A stretch of 64,000 bases of DNA from Lingula anatina (GCA_051362555.1 CM120642.1:5270001-5334000); one strand, 5' to 3'; counted from the stretch's first letter, positions 38,801 through 50,423 are shown. The notes: generated by a model not told the origin, from the letters alone. Translations and numbers: made by a program.

Positions 38801-41800
38801 GGCCTGTAGTTTGCTTAGTGTTTTGTACCGCATGAAGGTCACTCTTGTCACTGCTGCATACGCCGTGGAATGTGTATCTTAAAGTTCATAGAAACATTTT
38901 ATTGTGTTTTGTAAGCTTTAGGAAGTAGTTTCATCGTGACTGAATATCAGCGTACACTACAAAGTAGTACCATTCATCTGTGACGCATCATAAAAGCTAG
39001 GTACGTCAAATTACTCTAAGAAAATTTCTTACAACGTCCACGGCTGTCCCGACAAGCCAAGACGTCATTAAAAAAAAAAAGTCGCAAGCCGTCTAGCCGT
39101 CTTTTAAAATATAGGCCGTCCGGTGATGTCAAGGGCGTGTCAAAATTCTTTAAAACTTTGCAGGAAAAATCAATCTTCCTTTGTTTCTCTGGCTCCTTGT
39201 TTAGCCCGATGATCAGATTTATCTAATGCCCCCAGGTCTGCTGGAGCAGCTCTTTGAAAATAACACACAGGTAGATTTTTATCTGAGATAAATATCGCGT
39301 TCGATACACTCAAGACAAAAGCTACCTGTGAGCTGAAGGGCGCTTTACCCTCTAATTAAGAGGTAAAGCAAGTTCCAGCTAGATGGACGATTAAGATTGG
39401 ACTTCAGATGATAAGGAGTATTGTTTACCTCAGTTCTGTGAAAGCAAACGAGAAGGGTGTCAGAACAATGGTGCATATATAAATTATACAGAGAATTTGT
39501 ACATTCAGGTGACGTTAACTTATAATCGAAGGGGATTTTCGATAATATTCCTTGAAAAGTACACTAGATTTATAGAGAATAATATCATGGTTGGCCAAAA
39601 AATTATATACGCACAGTGTATCCGTGCGTATGCCTGGTTACGCCTCTGTCGCAAACCAGCAAACCATATCCTGCTGGCTACATGAAAATTGCCTTCTAGC
39701 ATGGACAAAAAGTCCAAGCTTCTATGCTTGCTCGGATCGCTGACGATCTCTTGCTGACGAATATAGTAACGAAGTCCCTTGAACTAGTGTGGAAATTGGC
39801 TTATTGTCGCGCTCAGATCGCTCACTATCTCCCCTTGACGATCTTCCAGTCCCTTGAACGAATATAAAAACTGCCTTTTCGGTTTGCTCTAGATTACCTA
39901 TCTCTCGCGTTTGTTTGAAAATGGTTTCAATGACAAAACGTACACGCTTTTCAAATGCGTACATTGACGCAACTATGCGCCAGGAAATCAGTTGCTGCTG
40001 CTGGTTAAGATTGGGTTGCCTGAGCGAAAAAAAAAAAAAAAAAAAAAAAATATAAAAAAAAAACGGCCCTGCACCCCACCCCACCCCCAAACCTAGTATA
40101 TTTGATCGAAGACAACAATCAGCGGTCATCTTGGTCGCAGCGCACGACGGAGAGAGACCGTAATACACAGTTCGGCTGCCGTGGCGAAGGCTACCTGTGC
40201 GCCGCACATACCGATCTGCGGTTGTAGTGGCCTCCCCGCATGGAGGAGAGGCCGTAGTGCCGAGGCCGGCTTCTGCAGGGAAGGCTACGTATGCGTCGAA
40301 GACACTGACCCGCGAACGGCGAGATGAGGACGCATTCACGCGTAAAGCTCCGCCCGACTTTAACGGTAAAGGCAACGAACCTGGTCGCGGAAGACACTTA
40401 TAAATCGCAGATGAAGGCTACCTGCACGTGCGCCATAGACACTGATCGGCTGTCGTCTCGGTTTCAGTGCACGGAAAGGAGCACCGGTACCACTCAGCTT
40501 CCATAGTAAAGGTTATCTGGCCGTGGCAGACGCTAATCGTCGGCCGTCTCTCCCTCCGTCCACTCCCGTTCTGAGCGCCAGGATTGTTTTTGAAAAACGA
40601 CACTAGTTTCTGGCTGCCAGAATCGCTTTTGAAAAACGACACTACTGATAACGATGCTGTTTTGCGGCCCTAGACAACAGTACTGCTCTATCTATGGGCC
40701 ATACACAGTGATCGGGTGAAAGTACGTGTATACCTTTGGTCGCAATTACCGACACTCACACATCATACATTATGGTAACTCTAAATAGATCGTCGGGAGA
40801 AGATAACAGAAGGCCTAGCGACGAACAGACAACTTCCGGTCAAAATTGACAGAATTCCATGAAATTCGAACTTTCAGAAGTTCTGAGCACCTCCATTTCA
40901 TGAATTTCGGCCAGAACGATCTTTTCCCAAATTTAATTATTTTCTACTGTTCGAAATTCATGGCACATTACCGTACACCAGAAAGTAGTCCAGCCTTCAA
41001 AAAAAATGCTTCAAAATAATAACTCAGCATATAAATCAATGTTAACTATATAACAGTTGCATAACATACTCGGCAATGTGATTATATTTTAAGGGGCACT
41101 TTCAAAGGTTTAATGTACTAAGAAATATTTAATTCTTTAAACACGTGCATATGGAGGTTGGGTGGATAAAGTGCATTTCAGTTTCAAAAGAAAGAAAATC
41201 AATTAATGAATAAAATACATTTCAGTTGGAACTTTATACCCATTTTTTATTTAATCAAATAAGACAACATTATCAAATAAGACACTTTGAAATGGCCCCA
41301 AAAGCAACTACAAATCCCAAATGATGCTGGCACTGGGCTCCTAGATTATGGCTGATCTGAATAAAAACAAAGAAGCATTTCATCGAATTCAAACCCAAGC
41401 TTAACAAGGTTTTTATGGAAGATCAGTAGTACTTACCTTCTCTCCCAGCTCCCTCGAAATTTCAAGGTGTCTTTCACAGCAGGCGATTGCCTCTTCAAAT
41501 TTACCCAGAACTTTTAGCGTATTCCCCAGGTTACCGCTGGCTTTTGCTTCCCCAAGTTTGTCTCCTATTGTTCTAGAAATGTTAACAAGTAGAATAATAA
41601 GCTAGGACACTGTTCTTTAAACAAAAATATTTTTGATAAAACGTGACACAATACCATTAGTATTTATTTACAGTATTGTTTTCCATTTATCTACAAAGAA
41701 AATCTTAAGGAGCAAGGAAAACTTAGGATTGAGAATTGAACTACATCAAACTGCCAGTGGACAGCAGTGGAAAACTTGATTTTCCTTTTCAAAAAAGCCA

Positions 41801-43782
41801 TAGACAATGTTCAAGAAAACTATTTAACTCTGCAGTAAATAAATGTTAGCATAAAAAAAAAAAAAAAAAAAAAACTGAACCTTTTAAACGCTAGTGTCAT
41901 TCCACCATATTTCTTGCTTTTTTTACAACTATTCAATTTTTTTTTTTAATTTCTCTAGTCAAAGAAAAATAGTTTGAGGAATGGACAACCTAAGTGTGTA
42001 CACTGATTAGATCTACTATTCAAAATCACTCTAAAAGAGGAAATTAAAATCAGGACGAACAGAAAATATTATCATATAACAAAGAGTGCTCATGAACGTG
42101 CACTATTTTTAGAGTAAATGGTCATTTCTTTCATTTCTTCTCTTCCTTCAAGTACCAATTAAATGAAAAAATTGCAATTAACCACTCTTTCTTCTGTGAA
42201 ATAAAATTTCCTCAGTGCTCTTCAGCGTATGACAAAAAAAAAAAAAAAAGAAAAAAGTCAATCAACCCAGTTCACAGATACCATGTGGACACATTAAAAG
42301 TATTCTGTACTGGCTGACATACATAAAACCTCTAAAATAAAAGACTTGGAGCATTCCTTTGCTAAATCACGACGTAATTGCTGGTTGCTGAGATATTGAC
42401 CAATCAATATTATACGGAGTTCCACTAGGAAATAAAAAGGAATCAATCAAAAGAACCAGAAAAAAAAAGAGATTCCAGGATCATTAACGAGAGGGCCGCT
42501 GGGTTAAATCATGTATGAAATATAAAGAGTGTATATGTTGAATCATGGACGTCATTCCTATATCCAAGTCCATCAGCCAGGTGTATGTTTTCCATGAACG
42601 TTCTCATTTTGTTACAAATCATTAAATGAAGTGAAAATATTTAATAAAGGTTATCTATCCAGTCTGACTTGAACAGCTTGGGCAATTTTCAAAGTTTTTA
42701 GCAATGGTGACTAAGACCATACATATTGCCCATGTTTGTAAAATTCAATTCTTTAATCTATCAGGTGGGAAACCACCTTCTGTGGCCTAAAAATAAATAA
42801 TAACATTCTACCCATTTGCAGTTATTTTGCATTTTGATTATTTCGGAGGTTACTGAGAGAAGCAAGGATGATCACCAGGTATTGATAAGGCAGAAACCAC
42901 CAAATACGCCAATCCTGCCCATTATACAGGGGGGTCCAAAAAGAAGTTTCCAGTTTTGATAAAGTACCATTTTCTGCTGAAGGGAAAACTTGACAATTTT
43001 TTTTTTTCATAAACTTGTCTCAGAGCATGTAAGCTTTGTGTGGTGTATTTTTTCCTTGTATACCATCATTTGTGAGCACAGCTCAATAGTTTTTTATGTG
43101 TTCAAACCAAACTCCATGGCACTGCATCACTGAGTGCTCAGCATGTCATGCAAAATTCCCTGATCACCATTCGATTATTATTCTTGAGAGTATGGATAGT
43201 TTGGGGACTGTTGGCATAGGCACTGTTTATAAGGTATTCTCACAGAAACAATTTAGATTGTTTTCAGGTTTATAGGTTCTTGAGCTCGCAGCCGAACTAT
43301 TTTCAATATGGGAGTTATGTGCTCTACACAGCATCCTGCACATGAATACTAGTAACAAACAGAATGGATAAGAAGGCAGATGACTGTTTTGTGATTTGCT
43401 TGCGGTGCTCAGCTGGTGACTACAATTTTTTAAATTCACGCCATGAAATGTTTGAGTTGTTAAGTCAGCATTCACAATCACAGACCCAAGGCTTAAGAAC
43501 ACAAACGGCTATTTTGTGCATAGAGCTCAAACATAATGCACAGTCTAGTAATAATACCCACCTTGCTAAATTCAAATCATGTCTGTGATACTCCAATGCC
43601 TTTCCATACTCTCCAAGATAAAAGTACGCATTTCCAAGTTGACTGTATATAGCTGTCAGAGTCTTCAAATCGTCAGTGCCTATTTGGACTGCGGCCTCGA
43701 AGTATTGGACTCCAGCGCGGCAGTCTCCCGCCTTGCACAGCCGTTCCCCTTCCAGGGCCAGCTCCATACAAGAGCCCTCCAT
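1088..43782 (-). CDS. GPSM2: G-protein signaling modulator (LGN/Pins/AGS3 family), complete spliced CDS of 13 exons, 657 aa
   Basis: Exons joined at GT-AG sites with consistent phases give 1974 nt. N-terminus MEGSCMELALEGERLCKAGDCRAG, TPR repeats with LGN motifs, linker RRHSMENMELMKLTP, four GoLoco motifs (..EDQRC, ..NDQRA, ..EDQRS, ..DEQRS). Probably co-orthologous to vertebrate GPSM1 and GPSM2. Confidence 0.95.
5798..5836. repeat. (GA)n microsatellite
   Basis: Read directly from the sequence. Confidence 0.95.
6442..6611. mobile_element. hAT-like MITE with 5-bp TSD (TATCA)
   Basis: TATCA|CAGGGGCGG...CCGCCCCTG|TATCA. Confidence 0.75.
7150..8140 (-). mobile_element. 5'-truncated RTE-clade LINE (ORF2 C-terminal part, disrupted)
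   Basis: Minus-strand translation: LTISLEKAEFLYQPAP; KY.GSVITSDG; KIYNAVV..SLLYGCESWT; WSGHVIRMDYHQIPKLFL.ELAQG...FKDNLKVNLK; terminal C2H2 CQICQKHCKSPVGLLNHIRTH; stops and frameshifts present. Confidence 0.88.
7858..8097. repeat. 51-bp minisatellite, about 4.6 copies
   Basis: GCTTCAGAG-like unit start recurs at 7861, 7912, 7963, 8014 and ~8069. Confidence 0.93.
9486..9529. repeat. (ATT)n microsatellite
   Basis: Read directly from the sequence. Confidence 0.95.
13113..13345. mobile_element. Fragment of a HINE/DINE-1-like non-autonomous repeat
   Basis: ACTAGAAAAGCACTCAGAGAATGCAGACCTCTGCCAAGG start and AAAATCCGTCCATAACTTTTTGAG core resemble a widespread interspersed family (recognised from memory). 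Confidence 0.45.
14323..14569. mobile_element. Fold-back MITE, PIF/Harbinger (Tourist)-like, copy 1
   Basis: TTA direct repeats on both sides; long internal inverted arms (CTCCCTGGGGAGTCTCACTAAATTGCT... and its reverse complement). Confidence 0.8.
18420..18484. repeat. (GA)n microsatellite
   Basis: Read directly from the sequence. Confidence 0.95.
19940..20136 (-). CDS. GPSM2: GPSM coding exon 12 (GoLoco 2 and first half of GoLoco 3)
   Basis: DEFLDMVAGIQGSRMNDQRAHLPQFPGL...PDDNFFEMLMRCQ. Confidence 0.93.
20476..20614 (-). CDS. GPSM2: GPSM coding exon 11 (GoLoco 1)
   Basis: DEDDFFNQIMKFQSRRMEDQRCSF. Confidence 0.93.
21155..21398. repeat. 39-bp minisatellite, about 6.2 copies
   Basis: Unit CCTGTAAACAAGGCTGTTGTGCATGAAATAAATGACCAC; period 39 (21161, 21200, 21239, 21278, 21317, 21356). 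Confidence 0.95.
21538..21687 (-). CDS. GPSM2: GPSM coding exon 10 (linker)
   Basis: 150 nt, phase 0-0, HKSHTKPKSHRLQKSATVATDID...IGKG; ttccag acceptor, gtaagt donor. Confidence 0.8.
21932..22011 (-). CDS. GPSM2: GPSM coding exon 9 (phospho-linker)
   Basis: TRNSNRQRRHSMENMELMKLTPDKKN; matches the LGN S401 / Pins S436 motif. Confidence 0.93.
22336..22403 (-). CDS. GPSM2: GPSM coding exon 8 (linker)
   Basis: TDQQSLASSYTTTDSDRTDDSG; needed to bridge phase 2 to phase 1 between the neighbouring exons. Confidence 0.8.
23674..23783 (-). CDS. GPSM2: GPSM coding exon 7
   Basis: IGDSTGEATAKMNLSDLRTLLGISPSERLPSDLDTS; ends in phase 2. Confidence 0.88.
24425..24689 (-). CDS. GPSM2: GPSM coding exon 6 (TPR)
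   Basis: KTLQIAKQLQDRALEAQACYSLGNTYTLLRDYDKAIEYHLRHL...RACWSLGNAHTALG...ISKE. Confidence 0.93.
25470..25585 (-). CDS. GPSM2: GPSM coding exon 5 (TPR)
   Basis: RLAIAKEFGDKAAERRAYSNLGNAHIFLGEFEVAADHY. Confidence 0.93.
31098..31151. repeat. (TC)n microsatellite
   Basis: Read directly from the sequence. Confidence 0.95.
31625..31748 (-). CDS. GPSM2: GPSM coding exon 4 (TPR)
   Basis: ENLKIVQELGDRAAEGRACGNLGNTHYLLGNFAQAIRYHEE. Confidence 0.93.
32088..32230 (-). CDS. GPSM2: GPSM coding exon 3 (TPR)
   Basis: VGEARALYNLGNVYHAKGKQVGRNGQQDPGEFTPEVKEALQQAADYY. Confidence 0.93.
35815..35851. repeat. (GA)n microsatellite
   Basis: Read directly from the sequence. Confidence 0.95.
36505..36590. mobile_element. 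Fragment of a HINE/DINE-1-like repeat
   Basis: AAGGAGGTCATGTTTTCAG followed by a (TCTG)n/TGTT tract. Confidence 0.35.
37891..40973 (-). mobile_element. pogo-type (Tc1/mariner superfamily) DNA transposon, non-autonomous, 3083 bp
   Basis: TA|CGGTAAAGTGCCATGAATTTC ... GAAATTCATGGCACATTACCG|TA terminal inverted repeats with TA duplication; repeated subterminal CATGAATTTC motifs; CpG-rich interior. Confidence 0.88.
39030..39990 (-). pseudogene. Decayed pogo-like transposase remnant
   Basis: Motifs in the expected order on the minus strand: ASRIWFAGLRQRRN (~39640-39680, cf. ASRGWFxxFKxRHN), frameshifted LPxxVIFK (~39253-39280), and MTSWL..QP(L)DV (39030-39068, cf. TSxLQPLDV). Confidence 0.6.
41093..41299. 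mobile_element. Possible old MITE
   Basis: GGGGCACTTTCAAAG ... CTTTGAAATGGCCCC imperfect TIR; TSD not clean. Confidence 0.35.
41437..41572 (-). CDS. GPSM2: GPSM coding exon 2 (TPR)
   Basis: TIGDKLGEAKASGNLGNTLKVLGKFEEAIACCERHLEISRELGEK; AG/GT flanks. Confidence 0.93.
43562..43782 (-). CDS. GPSM2: GPSM coding exon 1 (acceptor boundary at 43784, ATG at 43782)
   Basis: ccag|AT ATG; MEGSCMELALEGERLCKAGDCRAGVQYFEAAVQIGTDDLKTLTAIYSQLGNAYFYL...LAR; donor gtgggt. Confidence 0.92.
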
Positions 43783-43917
43783 ATCTGGTAAAAATATCAA
43801 GAATGAAAACATTCCAGTCAACATGATGAACCATCTTGATTGATTTCACTCACACTCTCATTCAGAGATAATCTGTGCAGGAGCTAAAATGAAAATTGTT
43901 AGATTAATGAAATTTCT

Positions 43918-43918
<1 letters not shown>

Positions 43919-43955
<37 letters not shown>
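43919..43955. repeat. poly-C tract
   Basis: About 37 consecutive C. Confidence 0.9.
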
Positions 43956-46900
43956 ACCAACATAATCAGAGTTACAAGTAGTATTTCCTTTACCATTCCC
44001 ACAAAACAACATGACAAGTAAAATGGGGCAGAACCAAGAAATTTGATCATCTGAGCCCTACATATTACAGTTACAATGGCCTCCTCATCATTTGCCAATG
44101 CAGGCGAGGAAATAAATATATTTTTTAATCGGTTTGCCCTAGCCCCTCCTCAAAGCAAAGTCCTGAATCCCCCCCGTGAAGGTCTTGTACTTGAATGAAG
44201 CTTAACCCCGCTATCTTTTACACAGAGCTGTAAACCCAGGCGATGTGTCCTCCTGAAACCAATTAGATCAATACCAATATATTTTCATCTCCCAAAAGAA
44301 CAACACACAGAATGGGCCAATTTCATTACACAGCTGGCTAATCACCACATTACTGTACTTGGAGTGATACTGCAGACTTTAACAATAGTCATATAAACTG
44401 TCGATTTGTTGAGATTTATGAGCAATTAAAACCTAATTTTCTGATTTTCAGACAACTAATTTTGAACTGCAACATAACTTCTATAGACATAAATTTTGAT
44501 AACTTACGGTTAAATGTCTCTTTTTTTTCACTTAAAGGGAAGTTTTTTAAAAGTGGTAAAATATCTGTTAATAGTCAATGTTCAGGTAATTAGCTTTCTT
44601 GCACAGCAAGAATGTTTAAATTATATTCCCATTCGATTGTTTTTTATGTCAAACAGAAAAATTGAGAAATTGAGTGATTTCCGGTCAGCAAACATGAAAT
44701 TGCATTTCACCATGACTTCCTAGTTCAGCATGCACTAGTACTTGCTAAGTCACAGAGCCCTAAAAACTCTTCCACCATTCTTGCTAACTCTGTTATCACC
44801 TGTTTTAACCACACTAAATTGTAAAAAATATTTTACAATCTTTCAGATTAATCATGGATTTAAAAAAAAAACTCAAATTGTGCGTAAACATAGTAAAAGT
44901 GAAAAGTATTGAAGGATAATTTATGAGATTTTATCAGATCATGACTCTAGTATCTTTTTCTCTATCCATCTATAGCTAGTGTATATACACACACACACAC
45001 AGTTTATGTTTGACACAATCAAAAGTAATAGGACAAATATAATGACCTTTTACAGAAAACTGAGACAAAAAAAATCGAATTACTGTCACTGAAGGCTGTC
45101 AATTGCAAAAGGGAAATTGCATGTATAAAAAAATTGACTTTTGTGATGCTTTATCAGATTTAACTAGCGAGAAAACTGCATTATCCTCACATCATTTTTC
45201 TGAAATACACATAAAGACATGAGACAAAAATACAATTCTATGCCCTGGTTTCAAAGTAATATCACATTTATTCAAGCACATGCCAACTTCATGTGTCATC
45301 TAAGAAAAACTGCTCAGTTTCAAGCAAGTCTTAGAAATCTTAAAAGCATTTGTACACAGTGGCCTACAGGAAATGTCAATCTTACGTCACATTTCTGTTA
45401 AAACCTCTTAATAAATTTTTCACAAAATCCAGGATATGTTGTCAAAGATGTGTAATTCTTGGAAAAGACAGGTTAAACAGTTAAAATTCTATAAAACAGT
45501 TAATTAGAAATTGGCTGTATACATTATAGCTTTAAATCATACATTTTAAAACTAATTATTATAACTTTCCCAGTTACTTTTTACCATCGTTTCACCTACA
45601 GCTAAATAAACAAGTAAGTAAAACAGGTCTTACTTTTAATAGTGCACCAAGTGAAGCACAAGCTCTACTATCAATTACTAAGTAGGGTTCCTTTTGCCAG
45701 CCAACTGAGAACAAACTTATATCATTAGTCTTCAGGTCTTTGCTGGTTTCCCTAGAGAAGAGTTGGAGAATCAATGCTCCATCAAGTGTATGTCAATATG
45801 ACGATAAGAACATGTTATCTATCCTTATGGATTTATGATTTCAAAAAGGAAAATGGTCCCAGACTCCCAGGCCAACCATTCTTATACCATGTACGTCTTA
45901 TCTTACGTAAGTTCAAAGAAAACTAATGACTCTCCTCCTTTAAGAAATATGTCACATCCTTCAAGATATGAGTGCAAGTTACTTACCTAAGATAATAATT
46001 GTTCATTTTTTTTTTTTTTGCCAAATACTTCAGAAAAAAAGACAGTGAATTAGATGTCTACATCAATACAGGATGTCTCTAAGGGGGTATAGGAACAGGA
46101 AATTTGCAATCTACAGATATCCCGCAGAGCTTACGACAATTCAATCACTTGCAAATTAATATTGAGGTTATTAATTCTCTTTTCAATTTCTATATGTTAC
46201 GATTACTAAACAGTATATATACAGAAATGTAATGGAATTTTTTTAAGTATCTTCACCACAAACTGACCACACCACTCGGCAGACAAGATCACTGATGAAA
46301 CTGACCCAACATTAGTGTGCCTGTTTAAGCCCTCCCCCCAAAACACACACACTTTTTTTTCCAATTTCTGGTAAGAAAAAATTAATAATTCTAAAAATAT
46401 TTTTAAAAAGACAAAACATAAATTTTCTAGAGATTTGACCTCATACTTAACTTTACAAAGCAGGCCATTTGGTAACTATTTGTAACTCCCTTCACTCTTA
46501 GGCACAACTGACATCATAATTTAGTAGCTGACAGAACAATGAAGGTGGTATGATTGTCTCACTATGATTCAAAACCCTTACCACAAGGTTTGCCACACGC
46601 AGTTGCTTGCCAAATCCAAAAACATAGTCTTAACTCAACTTGCCAAAGCATCTTTATACCATTACCTTAGTTCAACCAGATGCTATCTCAGTTCACATTT
46701 CAATTTATTTTATCCCCAGAAGATTGTTTCAATTCCTTGGTAAATGCCTTTAGGAACAGATATTCCAGGGATCATGGTTAGGTATCTTTATTTACAAAAC
46801 GCATCAGTCTTATCAAATTAATAACAAAAGACTGCAGCAAGGGAAAACAAAAGGTGGAAATGTCCATTCATTTTGGTTCCTTATAAATGAGACATGCATC

Positions 46901-47405
46901 CAATCTCACACCTTTAATTTGATGGAAATTTTTTTTCTTTCTTTTTTTTTTTTTGTACTGGTACACCAAAGAGATCTCAAAGGCTGTCGAACTAAAAGCC
47001 AACAAGTAACAGATAGTAACACCTTTTATTTTTTTGTCTGTTAACACTAAAAGACAAATTCTCTTAGTAAAAACGTTCACATAAAATTTTTTCTAAACAG
47101 CTTGTAACCCAATAGTCCAGCATCTAGTAAAAGTAACTAATCTGATATTCTCTGTATCCCTGTATCAGGCAAAACACATAGAGAACTATTCTCATTTTGT
47201 TAGCTAATGACACCATACATTTTGGAGGGAGGCACAGGCTGCTGTGCACAGGGCACTCCATTTCTAAAAGAGAAGGAAGTTTTTTCATCATAAATTGACC
47301 ATACTTGGTCGCAATCAGATTGAAGATAAGAAAAGAGAAAAAAATTTACTGTTAGAAAAAGACTGTATAATAGCATTCAATGAAATCATCTTACAACATG
47401 TCATA

Positions 47406-47631
47406 CACCCCATTTCCATAGATTTTTAGATCGATCTATCCCTGTGGGGAGTCTCACTAGATTACTGTCAGCTTGGACAGCTTAAGCGTCTGTCCCGCCT
47501 ACTAAAAGCTGTAAGGGGGTAATTAACTATGGTGCCTGCTCGGCTGACTGCAATTTAGCGTGAACCCCCAGGGAGTTAGGTCGATCTAAAACTTAATCTT
47601 TAGATCGATCTAAATCTCTGGGAAAGCACCC
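47406..47631. mobile_element. Harbinger-like MITE, copy 2
   Basis: ATA 3-bp TSD; shares TAGATCGATC, GGGAGTCTCACTA and CCCCAGGGAG blocks with the other copies. Confidence 0.8.
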
Positions 47632-50001
47632 ATATTTTAAGTATTGTAAAGCGATATGGTATGGCATACAATGGCAGTCTGTACAATTAAAGTCACATTA
47701 TTATCTTATGTTCAGGAAAGCTTACAAGAATCACTTCAAGTATGAGAGTCAGTCTACTGGTAAATCAGTTAATCACCTGTGTTAAATAGTGTGGACCATA
47801 TGCCTGTGCAACTGTACACTGAAATTCAGGGTAGCTAATGAAAATAAAATATATACTAGAGAATTAATATAAGCCAATTGCCTCAAGTAGTTGATCCACT
47901 CTTTTTCCCCAATTTCACAAGTGTAATAATTCACTTCTGAATCATGCAATCTCAAATTCATTTTATTTCAAAATGTCCTGGATTTCACTTAGCCATGGTG
48001 ACACCATTTGTTGACAATTTTTAAAGAGAATGAAGCAGTTATATAATCTTTCTTCAAGTCTTTCCCTTCCTAAAAAAATTTTTTTTTACGGTTTTACCCG
48101 ACACCTTCCTTTAACTGAAGAACCTGGAAATTACATATGGCTGACACAGAGTAAAAAAAAAAAAACTTCTCTGATTGTAAGTCACATTTTACGTTATTAG
48201 CAAAAACTAAAATCATGCAAAACTGGGCTTAGCTACAGTATCTCTCCTCTGTATCTCTGTACACCCGATAGACTTTTTTCTTAAACACCATTCATTATTC
48301 AAGATTTTTGACATTTTCCAAGAACGACAGTTAATAGGAAGTAGCTAACATGATGAAGCAGCAGACAACAGAACTGTGGGCTGGCAGAAGCCACACATTC
48401 ATTATGGAAACACATCATGAACAAATGAGACCGAATATATAGCTTTTGTATGTTGTGCTAACAAGGGATCCTGGCTTGCCTTGCTTTGCTTTTTTCCCTG
48501 TTTTAGGTGCTGAAAATATCAGTTTTGTATAAACAGTTTTGCCTCTTTGTCATCTTTAACAACAAAAACACCCCCTCCCTGTTTAAACAGCACAAAAGGA
48601 GCGCAACAAAAAAATCTGATTTTCCTGGAAATTTTCAAATCTTGAATTAACTTTGGACTACGCTATGAAACAGTAGTACCATGTACAAATCTGTATGCAG
48701 AATTTAGCTGGGTTAAACCAATTTTGAATTTTTTGTTTCAAGTTTTTGAGCCAATCTCGTAATGGAGTAGGGGTTAGCCAATTTTACATGTGATCATAAA
48801 AAATCAAATCTAAAACTTACTAGTTACTTCATAGGTTGCATTTTTTCATGATAGGTTTACTTTGTCTCTTAGTTCACAACTGGCATCTTTATTCTTTTCT
48901 AGCTCTATTAAGGTGCATGTCCACAAAAAATGAAACTAACAAAATGTATGATTTTAAAAATGTTAAGTACACAAACAACTTCTTGTTCAAGTAATTTTGA
49001 GTCTGAGAGCAAGTAATTACTTTTTGATCATATTTTAACAGATAAATTAAATGACATGAATTATGTCTCAAAAAATAATCAAATTTACCCTTTCCCGACG
49101 AACCCTGCATCATGATACAGTTAAAACCCTGACTGATTTCAAAAGACACTAAGAACTGAGCTCAAAGAGATGGCGGAATTTTTGGGGAAAAAATATCGCT
49201 TATGCATGGGTTAAGGACTTTTTTATTTTCCCAGATTGTTACCGAGTTACAGCAAGTGTCAGGAAAGGTGGATCAAAGGTTGGTTAGTGGGAAGAAAAAT
49301 ACCATTTGCACCAGGAAAATTTGTTCATTTAAAGTACAAGATTTTCACAGAAAAATCATAACTTCACAGACTGGTTTCACTAGGCAAGGCAATCACAATC
49401 AAATCAAACATCTCCTGGGATAGACCATAGCCATTAAGAGTGACCCGATGCAATCCTGACCTGAAAGAAAACAGTGGTCAAGAAGACATCACTTCCTCTT
49501 GCTGCTTACATCCCTCAATATCATGCAGATGTTTTTTCTAGATGAACAGCTTTTACTGAGTAGTGAATAGTAAATGGCTGATGGTGCCTTCCTGGGTTAT
49601 GAATCCCAGTTAACTATATTGATTTTTTAATCTAAGTAACTGGTGGAGTAATTTCAAGCAACTTCAGAGTACGGGCACATCTGATGTTGGTTAGACATAG
49701 CATTGGGTCCACACAAAACAATATCCTGTGCCAAGAAGTAAAAGGTGCTTGAACGCTTTTAATTACAGTACTAGTATGTACATGGACATTCAGCAGAGAA
49801 TAATGCATAAAGCCATGTTATTAAAGGAAACATCTTCACAAGGAAACGAATAATGTGGTACTGTGACAAGTACATGAGTGAGCGAATCTAGAGAATCTAG
49901 GCAAACATTAAACAGTAGAATTTTTCACCATTTCATGTACGACACAGGCAATGAAAAATAAATTGACCTTAACTTGTTTTCTTCGTTATACAGTTTTTTT
50001 T

Positions 50002-50039
<38 letters not shown>

Positions 50040-50061
50040 GGAAAATATCCATTTAAAAATA

Positions 50062-50423
50062 CAGACATGCTGAAAACTTTTCAGAATGGCCGGACATTTG
50101 GACCAGCAGTAATGAAAATTTTGTCGGACCAAATGGATTTTTGTCGGACCGAAAATCACTCTGTTCATTTGAGACAGATACTACCAGTACGATTAGGGTA
50201 GCTTACTTTGTTTGTGAATGTGATAGTTTTGAAAAGGAGGAGAAAAATGCTTTGGGTTTTATATAATTTTATTAATGAAGTATGTCAAAAGATGACTGTA
50301 AATTCAAAATTGCGGTTCTTAAAGCTCTTGTCGGTCCTTTGGACCGACCAAGTCCAATTTTCTACCGGTCCAGACAAATTTTCCTGGTCATGACCGATCG
50401 GACCGACAGTTTCAGCATGTCTG
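50062..50423. mobile_element. hAT-like MITE with apparent 5-bp TSD (AAATA)
   Basis: CAGACATGCTGAAA...TTTCAGCATGTCTG 14-bp TIR; many subterminal GGACC/GGTCC repeats. Confidence 0.8.

Noticed and set aside
39722-40375. 217-aa minus-strand ORF, the longest in the track
   Set aside because: It runs through GC-rich repeats and a poly-T/poly-G tract inside the transposon. There is no coherent domain beyond possible transposase debris.
40186-40540. Repeat-plus-variable-spacer pattern as a CRISPR or ribozyme array
   Set aside because: The repeats are too degenerate, there are no cas genes, and I could not identify a hammerhead (CUGANGA/GAAA), twister or HDV core.
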